DNA of 64,000 nucleotides from Escherichia coli (GTDB lineage Bacteria; Pseudomonadota; Gammaproteobacteria; Enterobacterales; Enterobacteriaceae): NCBI RefSeq assembly GCF_044324875.1, contig NZ_CP172185.1; one strand, 5' to 3'. Shown piece by piece: positions 63,219 to 64,000 of this stretch (position 1 is its first letter; each line of letters starts with the position of its first letter). The notes under the pieces were generated by a model. It saw only the letters and a program-made list of their open reading frames with translations, ran no database searches and was not told where the DNA came from. The position numbers and the translations under genes were made by a program.

Positions 63219-63995
63219 ATGGCAAGAAGTGGATTTGAAGTCCAGAAAGTCACCGTAGAGGCATTATTTCTACGAGAAATACGAACACGCTTTGGTAAGT
63301 TCCGTCTGGGATATCTGTGGGCGATTCTCGAACCCTCTGCGCATTTGCTGATACTGTTGGGCATTTTTGGTTACATTATGCACCGCACGATGCCAGACAT
63401 CTCATTCCCGGTGTTTTTACTTAATGGCCTGATTCCCTTTTTTATCTTTAGCAGTATCAGCAATCGTTCTGTAGGTGCTATTGAAGCGAATCAGGGGCTG
63501 TTTAATTATCGACCAGTAAAACCCATCGATACGATCATTGCACGCGCACTGCTTGAGACACTGATTTACGTTGCTGTTTATATTCTGCTTATGCTCATTG
63601 TCTGGATGGCAGGCGAATATTTCGAGATAACAAATTTTTTACAACTTGTGGCTACCTGGAGCCTGCTGATCATTCTTTCATGTGGCGTCGGCTTAATATT
63701 CATGGTCGTTGGTAAAACTTTCCCCGAAATGCAAAAGGTTCTGCCGATACTGCTTAAGCCGCTGTATTTCATCTCCTGCATCATGTTCCCTCTACACTCG
63801 ATTCCAAAGCAATACTGGTCATATCTACTCTGGAACCCATTAGTGCATGTCGTGGAGTTAAGCCGCGAGGCAGTTATGCCTGGCTATATCAGCGAAGGCG
63901 TGAGTCTGAACTACCTGGCAATGTTCACTCTGGTCACCCTGTTCATCGGTCTGGCGTTATACCGAACGCGTGAAGAGGCAATGCTGACATCATGA
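63219..63995 (+). CDS. kpsM: capsule polysaccharide ABC exporter permease (ABC-2 type)
   Basis: Start MARSGFEVQKVTVEALFLREIRTRFGKFRLGYLWAILEP (codon 35 of track ORF 63117..63995), 258 aa. Confidence 0.9.
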   Translation: MARSGFEVQKVTVEALFLREIRTRFGKFRLGYLWAILEPSAHLLILLGIFGYIMHRTMPDISFPVFLLNGLIPFFIFSSISNRSVGAIEANQGLFNYRPVKPIDTIIARALLETLIYVAVYILLMLIVWMAGEYFEITNFLQLVATWSLLIILSCGVGLIFMVVGKTFPEMQKVLPILLKPLYFISCIMFPLHSIPKQYWSYLLWNPLVHVVELSREAVMPGYISEGVSLNYLAMFTLVTLFIGLALYRTREEAMLTS

Positions 63996-64000
63996 TTAAG
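63992..64000 (+). CDS. kpsT: first three codons (MIK) of the capsule exporter ATPase gene, truncated by window end
   Basis: ATG overlapping the kpsM stop (ATGA) followed by ATT AAG; call rests on synteny. Confidence 0.35.

Overview
The window is a contiguous segment of an Escherichia coli chromosome, recognised from the translated ORFs (no search was run; identifications are from memory of E. coli protein sequences and gene order). Gene order, in the opposite orientation to the K-12 map: yqhG(5' end)-dkgA-yqhD / yqhC / yghB-metC / exbB-exbD / yghA / yqhA / gpr(yghZ) / yghX (frameshifted pseudogene) / yghW / hybOABCDEFG (hydrogenase 2) / yghU / gss / pitB / yghT / yghS-yghR-yghQ / an ~8.2-kb block of eight genes / yghO / glcC / glcDEFGBA / sslE(yghJ) / pppA-yghG-gspC..M (complete T2SS-beta) / kpsM and the first codons of kpsT. 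It is not K-12-like: the T2SS-beta cluster is complete, a group 2 capsule region 3 (kpsMT) follows gspM, and the yghQ-yghO interval (interrupted by IS5 in K-12, as I recall) is intact. The most interesting content is that interval (about 22.6-35.6 kb): a translationally coupled fatty-acyl-AMP-ligase / SDR reductase / acyl carrier protein / serine-palmitoyltransferase-like alpha-oxoamine synthase operon, divergent from yghO, converging on an operon with a Wzx-like flippase, two unknown proteins and an LptF/LptG paralogue pair, and flanked by three paralogous P-loop proteins. I interpret this as a cryptic amino-lipid (possibly sphingolipid/ceramide-like) synthesis and export system with no assigned product; this is inference from domain content. 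No rRNA, tRNA, CRISPR array, IS element or prophage was seen. Coordinates of CDSs come from the ORF track, with starts adjusted by counting codons to the known N-terminus; coordinates of hairpins, repeats and motifs were counted by eye and may be off by a few nucleotides.
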